Source: Pristiophorus japonicus
Lineage: Eukaryota
NCBI RefSeq assembly: GCF_044704955.1
Contig: NC_091986.1
Span: forward strand, 100,192,001 to 100,256,000
Direction of reading: 5' to 3'
Length of the DNA: 64,000 nucleotides
Shown: positions 11,851 to 23,221 of the stretch, in pieces
How the letters are laid out: every line of letters starts with the position of its first letter
Numbering within the stretch: the stretch's first letter is position 1
Translations under genes and position numbers: made by a program
The notes under the pieces: generated by a model
What the model saw: only the letters and a program-made list of their open reading frames with translations
What the model was told of the DNA's origin: nothing
Database searches by the model: none

Positions 11851-13517
11851 GAGTCAGCACTGGTGGGGAAAACAAGACAAAGCAACATCTCCCGCTCCCA
11901 CTTCCCGAACTCTTACCTTTACACTCAGACCTGCCGCTGCACTCCGAGCAAGACTGCACTAAACCCCCTCTTTTTATACTGTTCCTGGCTGACTCACTGG
12001 CCTATTTAGGGAATCAGTTTTTACTAGCTGCCCAATTAACTAAGCTAGCTTGCTTGCTTGTCTCTGCTTCAACCTACAAGAATCCTATATGTTTAATATT
12101 GCAGTTTTACTTAAACTTGTAATCTTATTTTAGATATCGGTCAAATGCCTTCTGGAAGTCCAAATATACCACATCCACTAGTTCTTCTTTATTCACCCTG
12201 TTCGTTACATCTTCAAAGAACTCCAGCAAATTTGTCAAACATGACTTCCCCTTCATAACTCCATGCTGACTCTGCCTGACCGAATTATGCTTTTCCAAAT
12301 GTCCTGCTACTGCTTCTTTAATAATAGACTCCAACATTTTCCCAACCCACAGATGTTAGGCTAACTGGTCTATTGTTTCGTGCTTTTTGTCTGCCTCCTT
12401 TTTTAAATAGGGGTGTTACATTTGCAGTTTCCAATCTGCTGGGACCTCCCCAGAATCCAGGGGATTTTGGTAAATTATAACCAATGCATCCACTATCCCT
12501 GCCGCTACTTCTCTTAAGACCCCAGGATGCAAGCCATCAGGTCCAGGGGATTTATCTGCCTTTCTTACTGAGTACCACCTCCTTAGTAATTGTGATTGTG
12601 TTAAGTTCCTCCCCCCCTATAGCCCCTTGCCTATCCACTGTCGGAATATTGTTAGTGTCCTCTACCTTAAAGACTGATACCAAATATTTGTTCAGAGTTT
12701 CTGCCATCTCCATGTTCCCCATTACTAATTCCCTGGTCTCGTCCTCTAAGGGACCAACATTTACTTTAGCCACCCTTTTCCTTTTTATATACCTATAGAA
12801 ACTCTTGGTATCTGTTTTTATATTTTGTGCTAATTTACTTTCATAGTCTATCTTCCCTTTCTTGATTTTTTTTTAGTCATTCTTTGCTGGCTTTTAAAAG
12901 CTTCCCAGTCTTCTGTCCTCCCACTAGTTTTGGCCACTTTGGATGCCCTTGTTTTTAATTGGATACCGTCCTTTATTTCTTTAGTTAGCCACGGATGGCT
13001 ATCTTTTCTCTTACACCCTTTCCTCCTCACTGGAATATATTTTTATTGAGAGTTGTGAAATACCTCCGTAAATGTACACCACTGTTCATCAACCGTCCTA
13101 CACTTTAATCTATTTTCCCAGTCCACTTTACCCAACTTTGCCCTCATACATTCATAGTCTCCTTTATTTAAGCTTAGTACGCTGGTTTGAGATCCAACTT
13201 TCTCACCCTCCATCTGAATTTGAAATTCAATCATGCTATGATCACTCATTCCAAGGGGATCCTTTACTAGGAGGTTGTTTATTAATCCTGTCTCATTACA
13301 CAGGAACAGATCTAAGATAGCCTGCCCCCTGGTTGGTTCCGTTACATACTGCTCAAGGAACCCGTCCCTTATGAACTCCTCCTCAAGACTACCCTGACCA
13401 ATTTGATTTGTCCAATCACTATGGAGGTTAAAATCACCCATGATTATTGCTGTTCCCTTTTTATAAGCCCCCGCTATTTCCTGGTTTATGCTCCGACCAA
13501 CAGAGTTGCGACTGTTA

Positions 13518-14526
13518 CTTTGGTTCGGTATTCACTAAGGAGGACACTAACAACATTCCGGATATAAGAAGGGTCAGAGGGTCTAGTAAGGAGGAGGAAC
13601 TGAGGGGATTAAATGTAGTATCTCCAAATTTGCGGATGACACTAAGTTAGGTGGCAGTGTGAGCTGCGAGGAGGATGCTATGAGGCTGCAGAGCAACTTG
13701 GATAGGTTAGGTGAGTGGGCAAATGCATGGCAGATGAAGTTTAATGTGAGGTTATCCACTTTGGTGGTAAAAACAGAGAGACAGACTATTACCTGAATGG
13801 TGACAGATTAGGAAAAGGGGAGGTACAACGAGACCTGGGTGTCATGGTACATCAGTCATTGAAGTTTGGCATGCAGGTACAGCAGGCGGTTAAGAAAGCA
13901 AATGGCATGTTGGCCTTCATAGCGAGGGGATTTGAGTACAGGGGCAGGGAGGTGTTGCTACAGTTGTACAGGGCCTTGGTGAGGCCACACCTGGAGTATT
14001 GTGTACAGTTTTGGTCTCCTAACCTGAGGAAGGACATTCTTGTTATTGAGGGAGTGCAGCGAAGGTTTACCAGACTGATTCCCGGGATGGCGGGACTGAC
14101 CTATCAAGAAAGACTAAATCAACTGGGCTTGTATTCACTGGAGTTCAGAAGAATGAGAGGGGACCTTATAGAAACGTTTACAATTCTGATGGGTTTAGAC
14201 AGGTTAGATGCAGGAAGAATGTTCACAATGTTGGGAAGTCCAGAACCAGGGGTCACAGTCTAAGGATAAGGGGTAAGCCATTTAGGACCGAGATGAGGAG
14301 AAACTTCTTCACCCAGAGAGTGGTGAACCTGTGGAATTCTTTACCACAGAAAGTTGTTGAGGCAAATTCACTAAATATATTCAAAAAGGAGTTAGATGTC
14401 GTCCTTACTACTAAGGGGATCAAGGGGTATGGCAAGAAAGCAGGAATGGGGTACTGAAGTTGCATGTTCAGCCATGAACTCATTGAATGGCGGTGCAGGC
14501 TAGAAGGGCCAAATGGTTTCTATGTT
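13518..14526 (+). mobile_element. CR1 element E, 5'-truncated with ~0.7 kb internal deletion, inserted in B
   Basis: YFGSVFTKEDT start; jumps near 13605 from EEELR to GIKCSISKFADD; ORF 13844-14263; TTTCTATGTT tail; direct repeat TGTTA at 13513-13517 and 14523-14527. Confidence 0.9.
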
Positions 14527-15042
14527 AGGGGGCCTATAGACTGCACCCACCAGTGACTTTTCCCCTTATTGTTCCTTATCTCCACCCAAACTGCTTCAAC
14601 ACCCTTTTCATTTGAGCCAATATTGTTTCTTACTATTGCAGTTTCTTACTAATGTAGTTCTCGACTCTCCAGCCAGGGGAAACAACTTCTCAGCATCTAC
14701 CCTGTCAATCCCTGTCAGAATCTTATATGTTTCAATGAGATCACCTCTCGTTCTTCGATACTCCAGAGAGTACAGGCCCAATGTATTCAATCTCTCCTCA
14801 TAGGACAATCCTCCCATCCCAGGGATCAATCTCGTGAACCTTGGTTGCACTGCCTCTAAGCATATATATCCTTTCTCAGATAAGGAGACCAAAACTGTGG
14901 ATAGTACTCCCGGTGTGGTCTCACCTAGGCCTGTACAATTGTAGTAAGACTTCCTTACTCTTGATCTCCAACCTCCTAGCAATAAAGGCCAACATGCTAT
15001 TTGCCTTCCTAATTACTTGCTGTACTTGCATGCTAACTTATT

Positions 15043-15501
15043 GGGTTTGAAATTCATTGACATACCAACCACCTACCACCCAAAAAACAGGGACAGACCG
15101 CCCGGTGGAAGATTTATCAGTGACATACCACCGGGCAGTATGCACACCGCCCGCCCATGCAGATTGCCGTCACACCGCCCAAAAGTGCAAAATCCATGAC
15201 ATACCAACGATACACCGTTCTGGAGAATGTGCTCTTAAGTGGGCGGTATGTACCCAGAGCTGACAGGTTTATTTGATATTACACAGATCTTTATAGTTCT
15301 CCACAGTTTGATGTATTTTTTAATGAATTGTATTATTTTCTAGTGTTCGGCAATAATATAAATGGTCTAATAAAGCCTTATTTACTCCTTTATTAATGAA
15401 CTTTAATAAAAATGTTATGTCTCTCTCTCTCACCCCCCTCCCCATTCTCTCTCTCACCCCCCCCCAGTCTCTCTCTTGTTCTCACACCCCTCACCCCCCC
15501 A

Positions 15502-15556
<55 letters not shown>

Positions 15557-15941
15557 CCCCCCGCCCCCAGTCTCGATCGCTCTCTTCCCCTCCAGTCTCT
15601 TTCCCCCCCCCCCCCCACAGCGATCTCTTTCCCGCCCCCCCCCCCCCCCCCCCTCAGCAGTCTCAGGCTAGCAGTCTCTGGCCTCTTGTCGGTGCCTCTC
15701 TGGGGGCGGAGCTTGACAGCTGGGTGTGCGTGCGCAGAACTCGGGAGTCGAAGATTCCTGCTCACACACCGCCTGCTGCACTCCGCCACCGCTCGCTGCA
15801 CTCCGCTCCGGTTCTCACTGACAAAAGTGGGATGAAATTCATGCCCACTCGGCCCCAGCGGTATCAGGCAATGAAAAATGATGCACCGCCCGGAGACCGC
15901 TGAAAAACGGGCGGAATTAGTGTTTCACCAATTTCGGCCCC
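15043..15941. mobile_element. PIF/Harbinger-type non-autonomous element (MITE)
   Basis: Ends GGGTTTGAAATT ... AATTTCGGCCCC; 3-bp TSD ATT (15040-15042 and 15942-15944); host CR1 rejoins on removal. Confidence 0.8.
15420..15655. repeat. (CT)n microsatellite and poly-C tract inside MITE
   Basis: (CT)n at about 15502-15553, C-runs to 15653. Confidence 0.9.
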
Positions 15942-16021
15942 ATTGTATTTCCTGTACGAGGACATCTAACTCTTTCTGAACACCAACATTTAATAGTTTT
16001 TCACCATTTCAAAAATGTTCT

Positions 16022-16773
16022 GGAGGAAAAATTGCCCCTTTTTATAGCCCCGTGAGCACCTCCAAGGGGCGCTAACGGGGAGCAATGGCATTTCCGCCCG
16101 GAGAGGGGATGCCAGCGCCTCCAAGGAAGTTGCCCCAGAAGTTTGAGAGGTGCTGTTCTGGCAGCGGCACACCCAGTGATTAGGGCTGGCGTGTAACCAG
16201 CGATTACATCATTACCGTGCGCACCAACCCCTCACCGCCTCGCGCTGACCCCTTTGCGCCCCGCGGGCTGCAAGGCTGGCACGGGTGGATGTCCACGAAG
16301 CTGGACACCCCTTAAAGGAGAGATCTTTAGCGCGAGGCCACCATTTTTATTTGTCGCCCAACCCTTTGTGTCAGCCTGTCAATGGTGCCCCACATGTCAA
16401 CCGGGCCGCCATCGTGCAACCTGGCACTCTTTTGGGTGCTGTGCTGCTGGTCCATTCGATCGTCTCCCTGGTGGCCCAGTTGCAGCCACCAAAGGGCCTG
16501 CAGAGTGTGCAGCGGCCCTTTCCTTTTGCATTAGCGCTACGAGGAGCATCTGCGTTTCACTGGCCTGCTCCCAACGGCGCTGGAATCCATGCCAAGCTGC
16601 CTCCTCGGGAATTCCCTTCAAAGTAAACAGAGTGCCGGAGACAGCGCTCCGCTTCTTTTGAGGGGCACCCAGCCCAATTCCGCGTCGAGGGTGGGACTTC
16701 CGGGCAGGGCGCAGGAAGTCACAGCCCCGGAAGATAACCGCCCCTAATCGGGTTGAAGGGCAATTTCGGGGCC
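16022..16773. mobile_element. PIF/Harbinger-type MITE
   Basis: Ends GGAGGAAAAATTGCCC ... GGGCAATTTCGGGGCC; TSD TCT (16019-16021 and 16774-16776); CpG-rich; host CR1 rejoins on removal. Confidence 0.78.
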
Positions 16774-17254
16774 TCTGTTTTTCTATTCTTCCTACCAAAG
16801 TGAATAACCTCACATTTCCCCACATTATACTCCATCTACCACCTTACTGCCCACTCACTTAACCTGTCTACATCACTTTGCAGGCCCTTTTTGTCCTTCT
16901 CACAGCTTACTTTCCCACCTAGCTTTGTATTGTCAGCAAACTTGGATACATTACACTCGGTCCCTTCATCTAAGTAATTAATATAGATTGTAAATAGCTG
17001 AGGCCCAAGCACTGATCCTTGCGGCACCCCACTAGTTACAGCCTGCCAACCGAAAAATGATCCGTTTATCCCTACTCTCTGTTTTATGCCCGTTAACCAA
17101 TCCTCTATCAATAATATATTACCTAATCTTAGGAGCACTTATCTTGCATAACAACCGTTTATGCGGCATCTTATCGAATGCATTTTGGAATTCTAAATAT
17201 ACTACATTCATTGGCTCCCCTTTATCTACCCTGCAAGTTACATCCTCAAAAAAA

Positions 17255-17765
17255 TTGAAATAAATGTGTTAAACCCTGTCCCCCTGTGAGTTAAATGCCT
17301 TAAGTGTGTAGAATATCTTCTGTTTCAGTCGAATTTGCCTCTGTACATTTCTGGTCAACCATGTGCCCTTTTAACCATTGGTTACTATATGGCTTCATTC
17401 TGTTTAAGTATGGTTTTAAATAGTATGGTTTTAAATCCTTAGTGCATAATTGCCTATGTAGTACGGTTGGCTAATCAACTTTTGCCAGATCTTCATCCAT
17501 TTTTGTAAAGTTAGCCCTCTTAAAATCTGGGACCAGCATTAGATTGGATTTGCCAATAAGATGAATCCTAATTATATTATGATCAGAGCTGGCCAGGTGT
17601 TCCCCTACATGGAGGTTTGATGCAGCTCTAGGGTCACTGCTAAAAAAACAGATCTAAAATCTATTTATCCCTAGTTGCCTCACCAGCATGCTGTGTAAGG
17701 AAAAGTTGAGGGTGTCTGCAAACGTCTCAGCTTCACTCCCCATTACACTACGTGGCATATCATCA
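17255..17765 (-). mobile_element. old CR1 endonuclease/linker remnant, probable 5' continuation of element Z
   Basis: Degenerate matches to TR..ILDL, GEHL.SSDHNII and DFKRANF motifs on the minus strand. Confidence 0.6.
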
Positions 17766-18213
17766 GACTATTTAATACAAGGATATCAACTGACCCGTCA
17801 TGATTTTCTAATCCTGCAGCATACTTCATTTTTTTAACATACAGAATGACAGGTCATTCTCTTCATCCAGTGTCAAAACCACCTCCCACCAAAATGCGAC
17901 GCATACTCGGTGCGAAGCAGCAGAGCAGTCAAAGCAAGGATTTGCTCTCCAAGTTAAGTGTCTGAAGTGTGAGCACAAACATACTGAGTCAACTTTGCAA
18001 TTTAAGCTTGGTCATTGGCAAATAAAAAAAAATCATCTGTACCACCGAAATTCCAACTATATGGATCTGGCAAGCACAATGCACAGTGTAGAACTGAATC
18101 CTACAGACCAGCCTCATATCCGATATGATCCCCAATCTGATTTGACTGTTGTCCTCAGCTGGTCTGGCAGCAGTAGAGACTACAATTATTTGTCAGTTCA
18201 AATAGCCTGCCAC

Positions 18214-18363
18214 CAATGTTCCCTCTTTTTTTTCTGTGCGGGCCCTTTAAATTTACTGTGCAGCCACGCATGTGTGCTATCTGGTCCAGCGGCAGCAGCT
18301 GGTGAGTGGTCTACACGGGATGTCGCGATTGATGCTCAACCTCGCACCTTAGGGGGAACAGTG
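18214..18363. mobile_element. 150-bp hAT-type MITE
   Basis: TIR CAATGTTCCC ... GGGAACAGTG; perfect 8-bp TSD CCTGCCAC (18206-18213 and 18364-18371). Confidence 0.9.
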
Positions 18364-18391
18364 CCTGCCACCGCCACTATACATGTTTACA

Positions 18392-20038
18392 AATGTGAGG
18401 TGGAGCATGGCAGCGAGGAAGATTGAGAAGAGGGTTGGGGCGATGACGCAGCCCTGCTTGACCCCGGTCCAGACATGAATTGGGTCTGTGATGGATCCAT
18501 TGGCAAGGATCACGGCTTGCATGTCATCATGGAGCAGGCGGAGTATGGTGGCGTACTTTTGGGGGCATCCGAAACGGAGGAGGATGCTCCATAGACCTTC
18601 GCGGTTGACAGTGTCAAAGGCCTTTGTAAGGTTTAAGAAGGCCATATATAGGCTGGCGCTGTTCCCTGCATTTTTCCTGCAGCTGTCGCGCTGCAAAAAT
18701 CATGTCCGTTGTGCCCTGGAGGGGACGAAATCCGCACTGCGACTCTGGGAGGAGCTCCTCGGCCACGGGGAGAAGACGATTGAGGAGGACTCTAGCGACG
18801 ACTTTCCCAGTGGTTGACAGCAGGGAGATTCCTCTGTAGTTGCCGCAGTCGGATTTGACCCTTTTTTAAAGATGGTTACGATCACTGCATCTCTAAGATC
18901 TCCCGGCATGCTCTCCTCTCCTCCACAGTTGATAAGCTCCCCACTGGAGTGGAGCTAAACTACAGAAACAGTGGGAAGCTGTTCAACCTTCGCCGTCCCC
19001 AGGCCAGGTCCAAGACCACTCCAACCTTTGTCGCGAGCTACAGTATGCGTACGATGCCTGCGTCTGTGCACACACAGAGGCTGAACTCCAGGACATAGTC
19101 GACGTATTTACCGAGGCATATGAAAGCATGGGTCTTACGCTAAACATTAGTAAGACAAAGGTCCTACACCAGACAGTCCTCGCTGCATAGCACTGCCCTC
19201 CAAACAGCAAGATCCACGGCGTGGCCCTGGACAACGTGGACTACTTCCCCTATCTCGAGAGCCTCCTATCAACAAGAGCAGGCATTGATGATGAGATCCA
19301 ACACTGCCTCCAGTGCAGCCTTCGGCCGCCTGAGGAAAAGAGTGTTCGGAGACCAGGCCCTCAAAACTGTCACCAAGCTCATGGTCTACAGGGCTGTAGT
19401 AATACCCGCCCTCCTGTATGGCTCAGAGACGTGGACCATGTACAGTAGACACCTCAAGTCACTGGAGAAATACCACCAGCGATGTCTCCGCAATATCCTG
19501 CAAATCCCCTGGGAGGACAGACGCACAAACAATAGCGTCCTCGACCAGGCCAACATCCCCAGCATTGAAGCACTGACCACACTTGATCAGCTCCGCTGGG
19601 CAGGCCACATAGTTCGCATGCCAGACACGAGACTCCCAAAGCAAGCATCTACTCGGAACTCGTCCACAGCAAACGAACCAAAGGGGGGCAAAGGAAACGT
19701 TACAAGGACACCCTCAAAGCCTCCCTGAAAATGTGCGACATCCCCACTGACACCTGGGAGTCCTTGGCCATAGACTACCCGAAGTAGAGGAAGTGCATCC
19801 GGGAGGACGCTGAGCTCCTCGAGTATCGTCGCCGAGAGCATGCAGAAATCAAACGCAGGCAGTGGAAGGAGCGTGCAGCAAACCAGACTCCCTGTCCACC
19901 CTATCCTTCAATGACTATCTGTCCCACCTGTGACTGAAACTGTGGTTCTCGTATTGGACTGTACAGCCATCTAAGAACTCATGCTAAGAGTGGAAGCAAA
20001 TCTTCCTCGATCCCGAGGGACTGCCTATGATGATGATG
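18392..20038 (+). mobile_element. RTE-clade LINE with inverted 5' segment (18394-~18923 minus; ~18924-20038 plus)
   Basis: RT motifs MPGDLRDAVIVTIFKKG, LTKAFDTVNR, GVKQGCVIAPTLF on minus; TVDKLPTGVELNYR, LLYGSETW on plus; (ATG)n tail; TSD ACATGTTTACA / ACATGATTACA. Confidence 0.92.
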
Positions 20039-21577
20039 ACATGATTACACTGAAGAATGATCAGTTGGGGGAGTTACAGGAGGGCAGCTGATTTTTAAGA
20101 AACTATACTCTGAATAAGTCAGTGTTTTCAGCAAAAATGGGGAGAACATTTGGGGAGGGGTAAAGGGCAAAATATAAATTTGGCAAGTCCCTAATCTTTA
20201 AAGGGGCACGGTCTTCCTGAAAAGCCTAATTGAATTTTTTTTATATTCAGGCAGGAAGATGATTCAAAACAGTCATTGATCATTTTCATCATGCTGATGA
20301 CATTTTATAATCCATTTTATGATTTATGCCTTCACTAAAGGAGAAGATTTTCCTCAGTGCACTATGTGTAATGAAATTGAAAACCTGTTTCTTATAAATG
20401 GGTTTATGATTTTGTTACACATAGCAGCTGAGGAAATCTTCTCTCCTTGTGCCTCGACAAACAGAAAAATAAATTGCCAATTTTTTCACCAAGTGTGTGC
20501 TATTTTAATCAATGTAAAGGTTTGATGAGAAAAGCTACAACATTTGTGCGTGGCTTGTGGTGCCACACTAACACCAAAGAGAGGTTGCCTTTCAATTATT
20601 TCAACAGAACACCTTCAAAAGAAAACTTGTGGCTTTGTAAGGTTGCTTTTTGTTTTACTTTTCCTGTGCAAATGGGCAAGTTCCTACAACAAAAATAGTT
20701 AAAGCTATTGTCAACTGTTGGCATAGATGCTAAGGTGAATCTATTGTCTTGCACCATTCCAAAGTTACTGACACGCAATTGATGGATTCTGACATGCTCA
20801 GAAAAATTAGTTTCACTGGACTGGCATGTTGATATTCCACATCTTGTTACTGTAACTCGGTGAATAAGGAAGCAACATATTTGACAGAGATGAGAGCATG
20901 CACACAACATGCTGAGTGTGCATGTGTATGACTGATATAAAACTATGATGAGGTGTTGCTGAGATTGCATTCTGCAGAGCTCTTCATTCACACCTTTTAG
21001 ACAGCAGCAGTAATATGTGAACATGCTTTCCTCCAGTACTCATTTCATTTCAGGCATACCTTAGGTTGAATTTAATCGTATAACTAATTTGAATTAAAAA
21101 GTAATACACAAGAAAAGTAGTTAAAACAGAGTAGCGCTCCGAAGCAAGGACTGCTATTTTCAATATAGAGGATGCACAGTGTCACCAACCAACTGTCAAA
21201 CCTCCATTTGGTCAGAAGCAGATTGGTCAGATGCAATCTGCTCACTGTCATATCTGTTGCTGTACCTGACCTAGAGAAAACCAGGACTCGGTTTGCAATC
21301 ATACCTTTCAAAATGAATTTTTACATTTTAAGCTTTTTACATGTAAATCTAAATGCATGCATAAATCTCTGCACCTGCCCATAGATGGGGTAAAGGTAAA
21401 TGATATATATTTTTAAGTAGTCAAAAATTTATGACTCCTAATTTATCTGATATTTTAATCAACCACACACCAGACCAGGTCACGTCAAACTAATGATAAA
21501 TGACTGTTGCCGTATGATGCGGTGTGTACCAGTGTTTAGCTAATGCAGTTCCATGGAAGCTGATTAAAAATAAAAGT

Positions 21578-21720
21578 AGTAAAATACTAGAAATATACAG
21601 AAGGTCTATCAATATCTGAAATGAGAAAAGATGGGTGAATATTTCAGGTAGAGACCTTTCATTAGAATTCAGTGAGGTGTGGCAACTGACACCTGAAACA
21701 TTAACCTGTCTTTTCTCCTT
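21578..21720. mobile_element. degenerate Penelope-like terminal palindrome remnant
   Basis: Similar to 40250-40340 and 59615-59722; inverted arms ..TTTCAGGT / ACCTGAAA; family assignment from recall. Confidence 0.5.
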
Positions 21721-22199
21721 TGAATTCTTTGCAACTTATGACAGGAAGTTGTGAGGGATTGTTCAAGCAATCTGAGTCATTTCTTGAAGCAGCAGTCTAA
21801 GTCTAGTCAGAAATTGGCTGTATTCAGTTGAAGCATCTCCTGCAGCCTCAGTGTGAAATGGCAGCTTAAAGTGGGCATGTAACAACATCAAAGTGTTGTT
21901 GTTCAGGCTCAGTGCCTGAAGAGCCAACTACAGCTTGCTCCAAAACTTTCACTATCATTACCCTACTGAAATCTGGCGCAAATTTGTGCTGTAGTGGATG
22001 TTTAACCTTGTTTTTAACTTCTAATGGAAAATATTCCCTTTGTGTACTAGATGTAGAAAAATCTTTATTATTTCACTACACCAAACACGAGAGGGAATCT
22101 TTCCCCATTATGATAACTTCTAGCTGAAATTCATTTAGTGCAACATTGCATCATTGCATCTCCAATCACACCATAATGCTCTCTTCTATAAGAGGTGGG

Positions 22200-22917
22200 A
22201 ATGGAGTGGAGAGGCCTTACTGACCGGGGGCAGATGGATGGGCGTACCCTTCCGAAATTGCCACCGGGATGGAAGCAGCGGTAAAGGGTTTCCGCACCTT
22301 CTGTTATCCCACCGCGTCGGGCACGCGTCAACCCATTACCAACCGGCGTTGCCCCCCTTTTCAACCCCCGCGGAAAATAGCCTCCTGGGAGCGGCGCTGC
22401 CGCCAGTCGGTGGCGCAGCCGCCAGTCGGTGCCACTGACTGCTTTCCCGAGCGGGAAACTGTGTGTGACTGGGCGGCACATCCGCCCTAAACGGGGAAGT
22501 CGCGCTGCCGGTGACTCCATGTTTTTTTTATTGTCAGCTGACTGCCAGATCAGGCCGACAATTATGTCCACGGGTTCAGCTGGGTCGCCAACGGGCAATC
22601 TGGCATCCCCTCTTGGGTGCCAGGGCACTGGCCCGGCAGAAACCCTCCCTGGTGGCCCAGTGAACCTAACTAAAATTTTGCAGAGTTCACAATGGCTCTC
22701 TGAAGGGGAGGGACTTTGGGATGAGTCCTCGTCGTGCTGACGTCATCATCGTTATATGCAGCGCGAGTGACTCGGAGCGACAGCCGTTCCAACTCGCCCG
22801 CACTTCCGACCCACTGACGACCCCACATCTGCCCTGCTCCAAAAAAAATCAAAGAGCTGAATTTCCCTAAAACAACGGAAGGTGCGCCCGTTTGGGGCAG
22901 AGGGCAATTTCAGCCCC
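22200..22917. mobile_element. GC-rich Harbinger-type MITE (left end not resolved)
   Basis: Right end GGGCAATTTCAGCCCC resembles the ends at 15941 and 16773; CpG-rich island in AT-rich background. Confidence 0.6.
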
Positions 22918-23221
22918 ATCATCACTTTAAAGCTGCATTTTTTAATTATTATTCAGAAACAAAGGTGAGGAGCCAAATCCTTTGTGCAGGAAACCAGCAA
23001 AGCTGGAAAGAGTAGGAAAGAACATAAGTTCAATAAGGAAGAAGTAATTAAACAAGGCTAAACTTGGATTTTAAAAGTCTGAACAACAAAAACTGTGAGG
23101 TAAAAATTCCCATAGTTTTGAGGTCCTGGGAAAGGATGAGTTAGAAAAGGAAGATGAAAGAAATTTAGATTATAGCACAGATAGGGAGGAGGAAATGTGT
23201 CAACCATGATCTCATCACTTT

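Larger units (their letters stand above)
7624..12139 (-). mobile_element. full-length CR1 element D (5' UTR, ORF1, ORF2, 3' UTR, tail), inserted in B
   Basis: CATAGAAACATAGAAA tail at 7624; ORF2 and ORF1 present; about 535-bp leader; 5-bp TSD GTCAA at 7619-7623 and 12140-12144. Confidence 0.93.
4716..14654 (-). mobile_element. CR1 element B (segments 4716-5206, 6935-7623, 12140-13517, 14523-14654), 5'-truncated in the endonuclease
   Basis: Segments join into a colinear ORF2 (APE MGDFN at 13441, RT YLDFQKAFD/GVPQGS/FADD, C-terminus); flanked by 5-bp TSD TAGTT; hosts elements C, D and E. Confidence 0.9.
14655..17253 (-). mobile_element. CR1 element A, 5' segments (14655-15042, 15942-16021, 16774-17253), split by two MITEs
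   Basis: ORF 14608-14982 (EERLNTLGLYSLEYRR) and ORF 16836-17138 (GVPQGSVLGP..SKFADNTK) are colinear once the MITEs are removed. Confidence 0.88.

Noticed and set aside
7624-12139. Active autonomous CR1
   Set aside because: Both ORFs have several frameshifts, FADD is mutated to SADD, and the esterase GDS motif is deleted.
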